From positions 5,955-69,954 of the IMG/VR virus record IMGVR_UViG_3300032030_000067: DNA of 64,000 nucleotides; one strand, given 5' to 3'. The number at the start of each line of letters is the position of its first letter. The first letter of the stretch is position 1. The notes below the pieces were generated by a model. That model was not told where the DNA came from, searched no databases, and saw only the letters and a list, made by a program, of their open reading frames with translations. Positions 19,923 through 29,727 of the stretch are shown one piece after another. The position numbers and the translations under genes were made by a program. The stretch comes from a virus (taxonomy: Duplodnaviria > Caudoviricetes).

Positions 19923-20986
19923 CGTATTTCGTTCCAGTTAAGTAATTTCATTTCTGTATTGTTTGCGAATCCCTTATCAATATAGTTTATGTATTTACAT
20001 ATCAATTGGTCATAACCTTCTGTTCTCCAATATAGTTTTTGGGGTTCTCCGCCTTTGCTAAATAATACATGCTCTGTAGGTACAGAATAACCGTGTTTCC
20101 CTCTTATAAGAATATCATCATCACATTTTATCAGAATTGGCTCTGTATGATTAGGGATAGTTGATGCAACAAGAAAGAAGCACTCTATTTCAAAGTTAGA
20201 TTCCCAATATGCGAGTTCTTCAAGACCTGTTATTCCATTGTCTTGCAATAGCATTCTTGCGTTTTGTTGTACAAGCTCCTTATACCATGCCATTTGAATG
20301 TCATAGCGGTATTTTCGCAGAGATTCTGGAAATTCCATAGTTGCGCCTGATGTGGTTTTCAAATCTATGATTTGGAACTTGTGGTTCTCCATGTCAACAA
20401 GAAGCATGTCAAGAAGCCCCTTTATGTCAATGCCGTAATAATTTCCATATAACGGTTTTTGGATATACTGCGCTTTGTCCTCAAAGAACATACTGTGACC
20501 TCTCATAAAAGTAGAGAGTTCCATTGTTATGACTTGTGCTCTTGTGAGCATATCCTCGCTAATTATTGTCAGGCCTTCTGAGACTTTAAGTTCTTGCAGA
20601 TATGCAAGTCCGTCCTTTGTGATTTTGTTCAACAATGTGTCAGATTTGTATGTCGGATAATAGTTATGGTCATTGGCTATGGACAGCAACAGCCCTGTAT
20701 GATAGAAATCAGTGGGTTCTCCGTCATTTTGCTTTATGCAATTGTAATATTCGGTCACAATATTTTTCATAGTGTCTGAGGGTTGTTTTATTGTTGACAC
20801 ATAGAACTCATTGTTGAACTCTTCGGGTGTGAGGAACAGGCAGTCCACGAGAGATCCGAGTTTCAGTGATTCTGTTTCCTCTTTGTCCTCTTTGAGAAAT
20901 TCCCAAGGCCTGTAGCCAATGAGTTTTTTCAGTTTGCTTTGGTTAAGTGCAGGATTGTCCCTGTATTCTTTTACTTCTTTATTCAT
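19919..20986 (-). CDS. PD-(D/E)xK exonuclease (RecE/exonuclease VIII-like)
   Basis: LNQSKLK, LGSLVDC, KGLLD, IIDLKTT and YDIQMAWY motifs. Confidence 0.85.
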   Translation of the reverse strand: MNKEVKEYRDNPALNQSKLKKLIGYRPWEFLKEDKEETESLKLGSLVDCLFLTPEEFNNEFYVSTIKQPSDTMKNIVTEYYNCIKQNDGEPTDFYHTGLLLSIANDHNYYPTYKSDTLLNKITKDGLAYLQELKVSEGLTIISEDMLTRAQVITMELSTFMRGHSMFFEDKAQYIQKPLYGNYYGIDIKGLLDMLLVDMENHKFQIIDLKTTSGATMEFPESLRKYRYDIQMAWYKELVQQNARMLLQDNGITGLEELAYWESNFEIECFFLVASTIPNHTEPILIKCDDDILIRGKHGYSVPTEHVLFSKGGEPQKLYWRTEGYDQLICKYINYIDKGFANNTEMKLLNWNEIR

Positions 20987-21192
20987 TGTTTTTTCGGTTT
21001 GATAATAATGTCCAATTCTGTGATTTTCGTATGATAAAATCTAATTTCTGTAATAGCGGACAGATTTGATTCGTTACATTCATTCAAGAAACTTTTGGCA
21101 GCTTCCATCGCTTTTTCCAGTGTTTCATAATGTCCTATAATAGCATGTTCCCCTTCTTTAAGGATAGGTTTTATGTAATAGTATTCGTTCAT
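20983..21192 (-). CDS. Hypothetical protein
   Basis: 69-aa ORF in operon. Confidence 0.6.
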   Translation of the reverse strand: MNEYYYIKPILKEGEHAIIGHYETLEKAMEAAKSFLNECNESNLSAITEIRFYHTKITELDIIIKPKKQ

Positions 21193-21195
21193 AGC

Positions 21196-21516
21196 TTATT
21201 CGATTCTTTTTCCTAATTCAATTATAAACACTTTTTCTTTTTCCGGTGCTCCCCATTTTGGATTTCCGAAGCCATATAGAATATCAACTATTTCAAACAT
21301 CATTGTTTTTTTTGTGTAGCCATAATAAAACAAAACATGGGTGTAATTTTTCACATTGCATGACTGATAACCGTTTCGATAACTAAATAACACATAGTCT
21401 GTATTCAGAAATATCTTGCACCAGTATTTTTTATCTTCTCGGTATTCTTCAGGTTTTTCGCCTGAATAAATCATGTTATACCATTCTTTTTTAAGATGTA
21501 AGTGTAATATTTTCAT
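21196..21516 (-). CDS. ASCH/PUA-like domain protein
   Basis: LHLHLKKEWYNMIYSGEKPEEYRE (GxKxxExR) and GNPKWGA motifs. Confidence 0.75.
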   Translation of the reverse strand: MKILHLHLKKEWYNMIYSGEKPEEYREDKKYWCKIFLNTDYVLFSYRNGYQSCNVKNYTHVLFYYGYTKKTMMFEIVDILYGFGNPKWGAPEKEKVFIIELGKRIE

Positions 21517-21522
21517 AATTGT

Positions 21523-21702
21523 CTAGATTACAGTTCGTGCTTCATTTACATACTTTTCTGTGTGTATGATATTCCACCATAAATCATCTGTTTTAGCATC
21601 ATCAGCGTCAAGACTGTCACCAAGTTTCTTTAATTCCTGTTCTGTTTCTTCTAATTCTGCAAGAATATCATTATATCTGTTTTTTACTTGTTCTTTTGTC
21701 AT
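21523..21702 (-). CDS. Hypothetical protein
   Basis: Short coiled-coil ORF; start adjusted to MTKEQ, just after the upstream stop. Confidence 0.55.
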   Translation of the reverse strand: MTKEQVKNRYNDILAELEETEQELKKLGDSLDADDAKTDDLWWNIIHTEKYVNEARTVI

Positions 21703-21703
21703 T

Positions 21704-22126
21704 TTACACTTCCTCCGTTGGATTAAAAATAAGTTTGACATCTATGTTATGTCGCCATAGCATAAGTTTTTTCTTGATAGGAAAGTCCTTTGGCATGAAC
21801 TTTCTGTAAGACTCGAAATCCTTTGCTGACTTCACATCCTCAACAACAAGTTCGCCGTTTTTCACATACGAGAAATCTGCGGTGTAAGTTGCTGCAAGCT
21901 GTTTTGTTCTTGTAGCCTTTTTTTCGCCGTTTTTAGTCTGTTTCACGATAGTTTCACGTATGGCTGGTATAATTTCCCATTTAGGCTGTAACGTAAGCTC
22001 AGAAATAAGATTCTGACTTTGGCAGTCAAGAAGGAAGAGGTATCTCGCTGCTTCCTTCTTGCTGTCAAAAATAATACCGTTACACTCGAATTTCGTGTTC
22101 TTGTATTTATTCCTCGTCTGTTTCAT
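21704..22126 (-). CDS. DUF1064-like PD-(D/E)xK endonuclease
   Basis: NKYKN...FDSKKEA.RY...LQPK...YTADFSY...VVEDVK. Confidence 0.8.
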   Translation of the reverse strand: MKQTRNKYKNTKFECNGIIFDSKKEAARYLFLLDCQSQNLISELTLQPKWEIIPAIRETIVKQTKNGEKKATRTKQLAATYTADFSYVKNGELVVEDVKSAKDFESYRKFMPKDFPIKKKLMLWRHNIDVKLIFNPTEEV

Positions 22127-22254
22127 AATTTATTATTTGTATGAGTTGTTCCAATTCCTCGTGTGTTGAATTGTCAATAACTTCCTTTATGGAAGTGCAA
22201 GTCTTGCCCAAATACGGCATATTGTATTCATCGACATAAAGTCCTACCCAAAAT

Positions 22255-22485
22255 TTAGTCTTCATAAGCTCCGTTAAATTCTATTTTATAATCAGATTCA
22301 TTATCAGAATATTCTTCATCAACAAGACTTGTGCCAACAAAATATCTCTCATTTCCAAAATCCTGTGATTCCAATATTTTATTGATTGTTTTTTCAGCAT
22401 CCTGTTTTGATTCTGCTTCAATGATATAATCCCATTGTCTTGTTGTCTTTATTGGCTCGAATATTGAGAAATTGTAACTTTTCAT
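22255..22485 (-). CDS. Hypothetical protein
   Basis: 76-aa acidic ORF in operon. Confidence 0.6.
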   Translation of the reverse strand: MKSYNFSIFEPIKTTRQWDYIIEAESKQDAEKTINKILESQDFGNERYFVGTSLVDEEYSDNESDYKIEFNGAYED

Positions 22486-22733
22486 CTTCTTGATTGTTTA
22501 AATTCTTTTTTAAGCTGTTCATATTCTTCTTCATAGCAATACTTGTGTGCAAAAGACTTCACATGGCATCTTGTAGTGTTGGACTGCAAGTTGTAGATAT
22601 GCAGTGTGTCTGTTATTTCTGCGACAAGTGTCCCATAGGAGAATAGTTTTACAGATTCATCATCTTCCACTATTTTCGCTTTGCCATAAAATGATTTTCT
22701 GCCATTATAAGGCTGTAGTTCTTCTATTTTCAT
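22482..22733 (-). CDS. Hypothetical phage protein
   Basis: 83 aa; KSFYGKA...LFSYGTLVA...SNTTRCHVKSF pattern typical of small phage proteins. Confidence 0.65.
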   Translation of the reverse strand: MKIEELQPYNGRKSFYGKAKIVEDDESVKLFSYGTLVAEITDTLHIYNLQSNTTRCHVKSFAHKYCYEEEYEQLKKEFKQSRR

Positions 22734-22744
22734 AATGTGTCATT

Positions 22745-23383
22745 TTAAATTGTTGTCCATACGAAAGTGAATAATTGTGTGAGGCATACAACCTCCATAA
22801 AGAAAATCCAAGACTTGTTGTCAACATCCGTGGAATAGTCCTTGTTGTAAGTTCCCTCAACATTGATTCCTATGATGATGAAAGTTACATAGGACAGAAC
22901 AACACTCGGAATGGCAATCTTGTTTACAATGCAGATATATGCCGTACACAAGCCTATTGTAACTAATGAAGCAACATAGTGGATTGGTTTTGCCCAGCCG
23001 TTCTTAAGAAAGTTTGAAGGCTTGAATTTCTCAATAAGGTCTTTCCAGAATTCTTTCCAAGACTTTTTCACTGATTTTAGATTCCCTCTTGTTATGCTCT
23101 CGTCTTTTACGACAGGGGCTTTATAGCAGCAGGAAACTCCAATCATAAGTACAGACACCATAACAACAATAGGCATCCATATAAGGTTCTTCGGTGCTAT
23201 TGTGTACCAATAGATACCCATAGGTGCTGCGGTAAGGGTACACCATGCAGAGAATAGCCAGTTCCACTTCTTTGGAAGCAGATAATAGGTTTCACTTAAT
23301 GATACAGGCACATCGTACTTGAATGTCACGAAAAAGATGTATGCAAAGCAACATACGATTGAAATAATTGGTAATGCGATCAT
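22745..23383 (-). CDS. Multi-pass membrane protein
   Basis: About 6 hydrophobic segments; PVSLSETYY motif. Confidence 0.7.
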   Translation of the reverse strand: MIALPIISIVCCFAYIFFVTFKYDVPVSLSETYYLLPKKWNWLFSAWCTLTAAPMGIYWYTIAPKNLIWMPIVVMVSVLMIGVSCCYKAPVVKDESITRGNLKSVKKSWKEFWKDLIEKFKPSNFLKNGWAKPIHYVASLVTIGLCTAYICIVNKIAIPSVVLSYVTFIIIGINVEGTYNKDYSTDVDNKSWIFFMEVVCLTQLFTFVWTTI

Positions 23384-23385
23384 AA

Positions 23386-24267
23386 TTATTGTTCGTTAAA
23401 AATATTTGTCATGATATTGTTTTTAATACACTCGTTTTTGATTTTTTCACATAATATCACCATATCAGGATGAGGTTTACCTGTCTTTCCAAATAATCTT
23501 AAATCAAAGAAATGTTTCCAATCTGATTCAAATCCAGTCATAATAAGTTCTGATTTGGTACATAAAGGTAATACTTCCCTTGCTTGCTGTGCAGTATAAC
23601 CTTGTTTAATAAGGTCTGTGTAGTAAAATTCTGCCCTACTGCATATTTCTAAAAAAGTGTCATCGCCATAATTGTTTGGTTCTCTATTTCTATCTACCCA
23701 TGCAGGTAATATAAAAGTTAACTCATTATCAAACTTATTTTTACTGTAATTACAGTATCTCGTTGACTCATTGGCAAATGAAAATACCCTATGTCTTAAT
23801 AATTCTCTTACTATACCTATGGAGGTAACTAATTTAAAGGCATACCTTCTTTCATGATAAAACGTTTTTAATAAATATTCATCCATGTCTTCTAAGCAAT
23901 GATGTTCAAAAAGTATTCTATAATTAGAAGTAACATAAACATTATGTCCATCATCCCCTGTCATCATTTTGGTTTGACGAACAATATGATTATATGGTTG
24001 TGATTCATATTTATAGCGAAATGCTAAAAATATATTTTTATCATTAGGAAACCATTTGTCTTTAAAGGTTAAATAAACAGTACCATGTTCAAGCATAGCA
24101 AGATGTCCAGATGAAATCATCTTGTCAACAAATTCCTTGGCAGAATTGTCTGTTATTTTATCTTCAGATTTGTAACAGATTCTTCCGGCTCTTTCTATTT
24201 GTTTATATATACCTTGTAAGCCATCTTCTTGCGATATAAATTCCGCACTACTCTCTATTAGTTTCAT
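23386..24267 (-). CDS. thyX: FAD-dependent thymidylate synthase
   Basis: RELLRHRVFSFANESTRY signature; GHLAMLEH; AREVLP; HPDM. Confidence 0.92.
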   Translation of the reverse strand: MKLIESSAEFISQEDGLQGIYKQIERAGRICYKSEDKITDNSAKEFVDKMISSGHLAMLEHGTVYLTFKDKWFPNDKNIFLAFRYKYESQPYNHIVRQTKMMTGDDGHNVYVTSNYRILFEHHCLEDMDEYLLKTFYHERRYAFKLVTSIGIVRELLRHRVFSFANESTRYCNYSKNKFDNELTFILPAWVDRNREPNNYGDDTFLEICSRAEFYYTDLIKQGYTAQQAREVLPLCTKSELIMTGFESDWKHFFDLRLFGKTGKPHPDMVILCEKIKNECIKNNIMTNIFNEQ

Positions 24268-24502
24268 TTTCTATTGCGTTTTGAATTGCTGTTTCCAAGC
24301 GCTGGATTTCTCTTTGGAGATACCATTCCGCTTTTCTCAAATCAGTGAGTTCGTCGTCCTTAAATCCTGCTCTGCACAGATATTTTACTACATTCCCCTT
24401 ATTGAAGTTCAGTTCCTGATCCTCAATGAAGTCTATTACTTCTATTTTCCCTGTGTTGTAATAATTGGGATGGTCAACTGTTGTTTCTTTATTCTTCGTC
24501 AT
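24248..24502 (-). CDS. DUF3310 family protein
   Basis: VDHPNYY...IEVIDFI...GNVVKYLCRAG.K...DLRKAEWYL. Confidence 0.85.
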   Translation of the reverse strand: MTKNKETTVDHPNYYNTGKIEVIDFIEDQELNFNKGNVVKYLCRAGFKDDELTDLRKAEWYLQREIQRLETAIQNAIENETNRE

Positions 24503-24743
24503 AAGTTATAAGTTTAACGTTTTCAACTTTTTGTATAATAAACCTGTCTTGCGGTTCATAGTTCTTTATTTCCACATAGTATCCGTGAATCGTGTCTATA
24601 TACCTTTCCGCCTCTTCAAGCGTGAAGCTTCTGCCCTCGTCAACCCATTTGTAATAAGGTCCCTTTTTGCTTCTTCTTTTTCTCCTATACAGCCTTGAGA
24701 CAGTATAAAACGGAGTTGTACATATTTCTTCAGTCTTTTTCAT
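24489..24743 (-). CDS. Hypothetical protein
   Basis: 84-aa ORF in operon. Confidence 0.55.
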   Translation of the reverse strand: MKKTEEICTTPFYTVSRLYRRKRRSKKGPYYKWVDEGRSFTLEEAERYIDTIHGYYVEIKNYEPQDRFIIQKVENVKLITYDEE

Positions 24744-24917
24744 GGTTATCTTCTTTTGAATCCAACTTCCTGTTTGTTATCATCGTGAGCCTCGCAAGCA
24801 TAGATATCCCTTGGATAAGTTGACACCACATCTTCCGAAACTATCTTGATTCCGAAAAAATACACTGTTCTTGTCCAATGGATTCTATTCTTGCGGTATT
24901 CGTATCTGTACAATCTT

Positions 24918-25913
24918 TTAATCATTCAATTTTGTTTTTAGAAATTTGTTGAGTAAATCGTAATTCGTTGTTTTTACCAAATCTGATGAATCCTTTATCC
25001 CTTTTTCAAACAGAACCTCGGGCAGATGTATTGCCTTTGTATTTCCGTTGAATTTGGATATTCTCTTTGCTATGTCCTCTCCAGCTCTTATTCCCGTAGC
25101 ATCATTGTCAAACAGCACTTTGATCTTGTTAAATCTTATTACAAGACTTTCAAGAATATCATTTGACGGACACATTCCCTCGTTTTGGAACCACACGCAG
25201 TTATAGCCCAAATTCCGTATAACCCTGCAATCCTTGTATGACTTTGTAATAATCAGAAAATAACCTGTTTCTGGAATATTTCCAATATTGCCTATGTCAT
25301 TCGCATTGCAGTTGGTGAACCATTTGTCCTGTTTGTTGTACGGCTGATATATCTTCTTGTGTCCGCTTTCAAATTCCGTATAGGCGAAACCTATCTTTTC
25401 AATCTGGAAGGAATAGTTCTTCTTGCCATTATCTATCATAACTGCCTTCAACGGTATAACCCCGTCTGATTTTAGCTGTTTTAAGGTTATTCCATATTGA
25501 AGCCAGTATAATTCCTCATCCCTACCCCAATCTTTCGGCAGAATGCTTATTTTCGTGTTTTTAAGGCGCTTCTTGGAATTGCTTCCCTTGCAGTTAATGA
25601 CACTTGAACAGCACGAATAGCCTTTCTCAACATTGTTGTAGATATGGTCATATACCATCTTGTGAGGTATGGCATACACTCTCTCGTATAACTGAAAGCA
25701 GGTGTAGTGCGAAGGATAGCTTGCAAAATCAACGAAAAACAGCATATCGTTCCACCAAGAGAAATAGCATCCGGGTTTTCTGTCTGTCCTCAACGGAGAA
25801 CAGTATTTCCTGTCAAGGCTTATCTCATCCTTCAGGATATAGCCGAAAATCTCCTCCTGTGTGAATTTCTCAAGCACCTGCTTTTCAGTAACTATGGAAT
25901 AATAGTCAAACAT
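24918..25913 (-). CDS. DNA primase (TOPRIM), crAss-type
   Basis: SPLRTDRKPGC N-terminus; ITKSYKD, LFDND and KDSSD TOPRIM motifs; start moved to the ATG downstream of a terminator hairpin. Confidence 0.85.
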   Translation of the reverse strand: MFDYYSIVTEKQVLEKFTQEEIFGYILKDEISLDRKYCSPLRTDRKPGCYFSWWNDMLFFVDFASYPSHYTCFQLYERVYAIPHKMVYDHIYNNVEKGYSCCSSVINCKGSNSKKRLKNTKISILPKDWGRDEELYWLQYGITLKQLKSDGVIPLKAVMIDNGKKNYSFQIEKIGFAYTEFESGHKKIYQPYNKQDKWFTNCNANDIGNIGNIPETGYFLIITKSYKDCRVIRNLGYNCVWFQNEGMCPSNDILESLVIRFNKIKVLFDNDATGIRAGEDIAKRISKFNGNTKAIHLPEVLFEKGIKDSSDLVKTTNYDLLNKFLKTKLND

Positions 25914-25925
25914 AATGTCTTGTTT

Positions 25926-25954
25926 AAAAAGGGAGCCACAATCCTGTGACTCCC
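25926..25954 (-). terminator. Intrinsic terminator after the SSB-like gene
   Basis: Minus strand GGGAGTCACA-GGAT-TGTGGCTCCC-TTTTT. Confidence 0.75.
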
Positions 25955-25976
25955 CAAACAATTATGAAAAGAAGAA

Positions 25977-26780
25977 TTACAACAAATCACTCAAGTCCAT
26001 ACCCGAGTTCTCGTTGCTTGAGGAATTGTCAGTTACCCACGAAATGTCTGTGGAATTAGTAGTTGTAGTTGTCTCTTCTGGAACTTCAACCTTACTGGCG
26101 TTCTTTTCCCACCAAGGAGCAAAGTTGCCTCTACAGAACGGATGGATTTTGTCAGTCTTAACATCATTCTCATATAGAAAATATTTGAGGTGATGTTTCT
26201 CAACTCTTTCCTCACGATAGTCACCTTCTTGATGCTTTACAACATAATGTCCCATATTGGCATTGGGGATTTCAAGGAATGACTTCCCTTCATATAATCT
26301 TGAAGAATATTGCAAGAACAAATCCAATTCAATGTTCTTGAAATCAGCCTTGTTGATAATCGAAATTATGATATTTGCATAATCTTTGAAAGAGCGAGGT
26401 CTGTTTTTGTTAATTGCATCTTGAATTTTAACTGCATCGTAGTAACATTCCGCAAGGTCAAGCATTGTTCTACATGCTTTTTTTACATCTTTTGCATAAA
26501 GTTCTTCAAATTTTGGATCTGTTGCTGGAACTTCAATGCCTCTATTATATTGTTTTTCTTTATTCGGTTCAAACACATAAAGTTTCTTGAAAGATTTTTC
26601 ATCTTCATCTTCCTTGTGTCCGAATGCGAACATAACCTTCATGGAAGATTTGTCAGTCTTTTCGTGAAGCTCGGCTTTCTTGAGATAAACACCCGTGTTA
26701 AGACCGAATTGCCAATTACCACCATCATTAGGTGTGATTTCCTCTTGGGCTGTGTAGCCCCATAAATTTGTTTGTTCCAT
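25977..26780 (-). CDS. Putative single-stranded DNA-binding protein
   Basis: Lies between the AAA ATPase and primase, as in crAss-like phages; acidic tail ending DLSDLL. Confidence 0.55.
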   Translation of the reverse strand: MEQTNLWGYTAQEEITPNDGGNWQFGLNTGVYLKKAELHEKTDKSSMKVMFAFGHKEDEDEKSFKKLYVFEPNKEKQYNRGIEVPATDPKFEELYAKDVKKACRTMLDLAECYYDAVKIQDAINKNRPRSFKDYANIIISIINKADFKNIELDLFLQYSSRLYEGKSFLEIPNANMGHYVVKHQEGDYREERVEKHHLKYFLYENDVKTDKIHPFCRGNFAPWWEKNASKVEVPEETTTTTNSTDISWVTDNSSSNENSGMDLSDLL

Positions 26781-26793
26781 AATTTTTTAGTTT

Positions 26794-27219
26794 TTAGTTG
26801 TAATATTCTTCTATTTTCTTTACAATAGCTCCCAAATCATTGGGCATATACAGGTCAGGCAGCATTCCTACAGGACTCTTTGCGGGATATTCTCCGTCAT
26901 TGTTGGTCACAAGAACATGCTCAACCTTCTTGGTGTTCTCATCAACGTATATCTTGCCGAAAAGCACAATTTCAAATTTGCCTTCCGGTGTGATATAGGC
27001 ATCCACCATATTGCCAGTTGTCTTGTACTTGTATGAAATGGAATCACCGTTCTTATCCTTGTATTCCTCATAGTGAGCCATACAGATGATGTTCTTGTTT
27101 TCAGGAACCTTGTCAATGGCATCAAAAATCAAGCCCATGTTATAGCCAATTGCCTTTGGTGTGTCCCAGCCTCCCTTAAGAGCGTTTCTCATATAATAGT
27201 TCTGTGAAATATAGTTCAT
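26794..27219 (-). CDS. AAA_24/Sak4-like ATPase, exon 2
   Basis: MNYISQNYYM...ICMAHYEE...TPEGKFEIVLF...PAKSP.GM; continues exon 1 directly after Walker B. Confidence 0.85.
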   Translation of the reverse strand: MNYISQNYYMRNALKGGWDTPKAIGYNMGLIFDAIDKVPENKNIICMAHYEEYKDKNGDSISYKYKTTGNMVDAYITPEGKFEIVLFGKIYVDENTKKVEHVLVTNNDGEYPAKSPVGMLPDLYMPNDLGAIVKKIEEYYN

Positions 27220-27468
27220 CATTTTGTTATCATAGTAATGTTTATTTACTATTTCTGTAATTTATTTATTATGTTTACAGTTCAGACTATCTCTTCAATT
27301 ACCACTAAATATTGGTATATATAGGTAATTGTTCCGCACTCTTGGTAGTTCATTCTCCTCAACACCACTTGGTAGGAGAGTATCTACTAGTCGTTGATCC
27401 TTCAATGTATTTCTACAAAGCTTGGATTAGGGTTGCCATCATAAATGGTTTTCCCAGATTCACGGAAT

Positions 27469-28239
27469 TTAAAGACGACTAGAACTAATCTTATATATCA
27501 TATCTGATGTAAGATATGGTAATATCAAATTTTCAAAAGCAGATACAGACTTATATCTTAAATATAAAGTTTTGTCCTTTTTCACTAAAAATTCCAAATT
27601 GAATTTTTGTCTTAAGAACTCAACAAATTCATAAAGATTATCTGTCTCAAAACATTGTAAATTAAGATTATATGAATTTTGATTTTTACATCCATCATCC
27701 ATATATAAATATGACAAAGATCTTGCTGTAAAATGTTCTTTTAAAAAATCAACAGGAATTATTTTTATTCCTTTAGGATAAAATATGTTCCTATATTTAA
27801 TCAAACACTTACAATTATGACTTCTTGCATATAAAACAGGTTGTATGTTACATTGTTTCCCTTTTATTATAGCGGTTTTATAATATTGTCTTTCTATTAT
27901 AGAAGCCATTAAAGGTCTAAGAATATTAAATTTATGTTTAGCATAAATTTCTTGTTTTTTACAATGACTAAAAGTTAAACACGGATAATTACATCCATCA
28001 TGCGTATACCCTATATAAGAATCTCCCAACAAAGTTCCAATTAGAACTTCTTCTTGATATTTGTTTAAACTTATAGTTTCTAACACGGGAGATAATTTTA
28101 ATATGATATTTCTTGCATAAGTTATTGTACTCAACGGTTTTTTAAGATGCTTGGCTATTTTAACATCATTATAACCCAAAGAATACAAGATTTGTAATCG
28201 TCCTAAATTTAGTTTGCTTTTTCTTACTTTTCTTTTCAT
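27469..28239 (-). CDS. LAGLIDADG homing endonuclease (double motif) with N-terminal HTH
   Basis: LIGTLLGDSYI and LSYLYMDDG motifs; AT-rich; lies inside the intron. Confidence 0.88.
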   Translation of the reverse strand: MKRKVRKSKLNLGRLQILYSLGYNDVKIAKHLKKPLSTITYARNIILKLSPVLETISLNKYQEEVLIGTLLGDSYIGYTHDGCNYPCLTFSHCKKQEIYAKHKFNILRPLMASIIERQYYKTAIIKGKQCNIQPVLYARSHNCKCLIKYRNIFYPKGIKIIPVDFLKEHFTARSLSYLYMDDGCKNQNSYNLNLQCFETDNLYEFVEFLRQKFNLEFLVKKDKTLYLRYKSVSAFENLILPYLTSDMIYKISSSRL

Positions 28240-28259
28240 ATTAAACTAATTTTAGTATG

Positions 28260-28267
28260 CAAAGATA
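28260..28267 (-). promoter_or_regulatory. Intron-internal Bacteroidota-type -7 promoter (TATCTTTG) for the endonuclease
   Basis: TATCTTTGCA about 20 nt upstream of ATG 28239. Confidence 0.65.
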
Positions 28268-28310
28268 GTAAAAATATTTGATATTTATAAACTTTTATTA
28301 GTTTTTGTTA

Positions 28311-28586
28311 ATCGTCAAGCACGATATTCTTATAGGGTGCATTGCACAATGCTGTAATCATTGTTGCGATAGTTTTTGCATCATCAGTGATAAGCCTGTT
28401 ACCTACACCAGGTTTCTCAAACTTGGTGTATAACTTGCTGCTTCCCTTGAAAGGCAGAGGCTTGTTTACTGCACTAATTACAAAAGTTTCTTTGGGGTCA
28501 AGTCCTTCTATATTCAGTTCTTCCGACTTTCCAATAGAAGTTGATTTGCCGAACCCCGATTTTGCTAAAATTAGAATCTTGCTCAT
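28311..28586 (-). CDS. AAA_24/Sak4-like ATPase, exon 1
   Basis: Walker A AKSGFGKST; Walker B IVLDD ends exactly at the intron. Confidence 0.85.
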
Positions 28587-28590
28587 TTTA

Positions 28591-29727
28591 TTATCTTTTT
28601 AATGTTTTTGCGTATTCGTAAACTTTGTTCAATTTGTCCTTTTCGTCAAGACGCGGCATTTCATTGAAATAGTCGCTTTCACCTTGGAAGAACAGTGGTA
28701 GTTTCACATTGGCCCTGTCATCCCTCTGCTTGAGAAGTGACAGGCTTCTGTAGTGGTCTTTTAAAATCGTAATATCATAACCGTTATGCTCGGTTATATC
28801 GTATCTGTTAGGTGCAAATATGCCAAAAGCAACAGTAGCTTCCCTTTGTGTTGTTGTACAATCTGCAAGAGCATCAAGCGAAGGTTCGAGTTTCTCCTCT
28901 ATTGAAGAACCGGATGAAGTGTACTTCTGTTCTTCTTTCTTTGAGTTCTGCTGCTGTACAATCACAGGAATACATCCGAAAAGGTTCTTTAATGCGAGAA
29001 GATACTCTGTTGACAGTTTGTATATGCTCTGTGTGAGATTCAATGCACCTTCTGTCTTTATTAAAGAAATATGGTCAACCATAATAATGACATAGTGTCT
29101 CGGATGATTGAATCTGAAACCAGCAATATCCTTGAACCAGTCACCTTTGCTGTTGAGCATATCGTCCATCATCTCATCAGTGAAAGACTCCCCTTTATGA
29201 TTGTAGAATCTTCCGTGCTTATAGCAGAAATCTCTTGCGGCCTTGTATATGCCAAAAGGATTGCTTTCTCTTCCTCCAAACACATGAATATGCTCTTTCC
29301 ATTCGTTGAACTCATTTTCAAGCGAAGGAAGAAGTTCATATACATTGTCCTGAATCTGCTCACCTATTGACCTTAACTGCCTGTAGCTTGACACTATGTT
29401 GTACTTGTTCTTTATCATTCTTGAGAGTTCGGTGGAATAGATTTTATCTTCACCTTCCTCCAAAGGCCAATAGAGAATGTCCAGCTTTATGTCAAGTTCG
29501 GGATGTGATTTCACATACACATAGGGATCGTTGATAAACAGCGTTCTTGCAAGTTTTGATTTTGCAGAACCGCTATTACCTGTTATAAGATAGTATTCGC
29601 CCTTGATAATTCCGGGAAGAATTGGTTTCAGCCTTGACAAGTGCTGGAACGGAATACAGTTCTTATACCCCTGTATGCTGTTCTGCCTGTTTTCGGTAAT
29701 CTGCTTGTAGAGTTCATTAAATGTCAT
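28591..29727 (-). CDS. DnaB-like replicative helicase
   Basis: Walker A GNSGSAKS, Walker B IMVDHISL, VIVQQQ, LKQRD. Confidence 0.85.
   Translation of the reverse strand: MTFNELYKQITENRQNSIQGYKNCIPFQHLSRLKPILPGIIKGEYYLITGNSGSAKSKLARTLFINDPYVYVKSHPELDIKLDILYWPLEEGEDKIYSTELSRMIKNKYNIVSSYRQLRSIGEQIQDNVYELLPSLENEFNEWKEHIHVFGGRESNPFGIYKAARDFCYKHGRFYNHKGESFTDEMMDDMLNSKGDWFKDIAGFRFNHPRHYVIIMVDHISLIKTEGALNLTQSIYKLSTEYLLALKNLFGCIPVIVQQQNSKKEEQKYTSSGSSIEEKLEPSLDALADCTTTQREATVAFGIFAPNRYDITEHNGYDITILKDHYRSLSLLKQRDDRANVKLPLFFQGESDYFNEMPRLDEKDKLNKVYEYAKTLKR

Larger units (their letters stand above)
27220..28310 (-). mobile_element. Group I self-splicing intron with homing endonuclease in the P1 loop
   Basis: 5' splice site follows a U (GACGAU|UA) and the intron ends in G. 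Core elements on the minus strand: P3 UUCCG/CGGAA, GGCAACCCUAAUCCAAGC, UCAACGACUA and GAAGAGAUAGUC. Internal guide sequence UAGUCGUC at 27474-27481. Confidence 0.88.
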
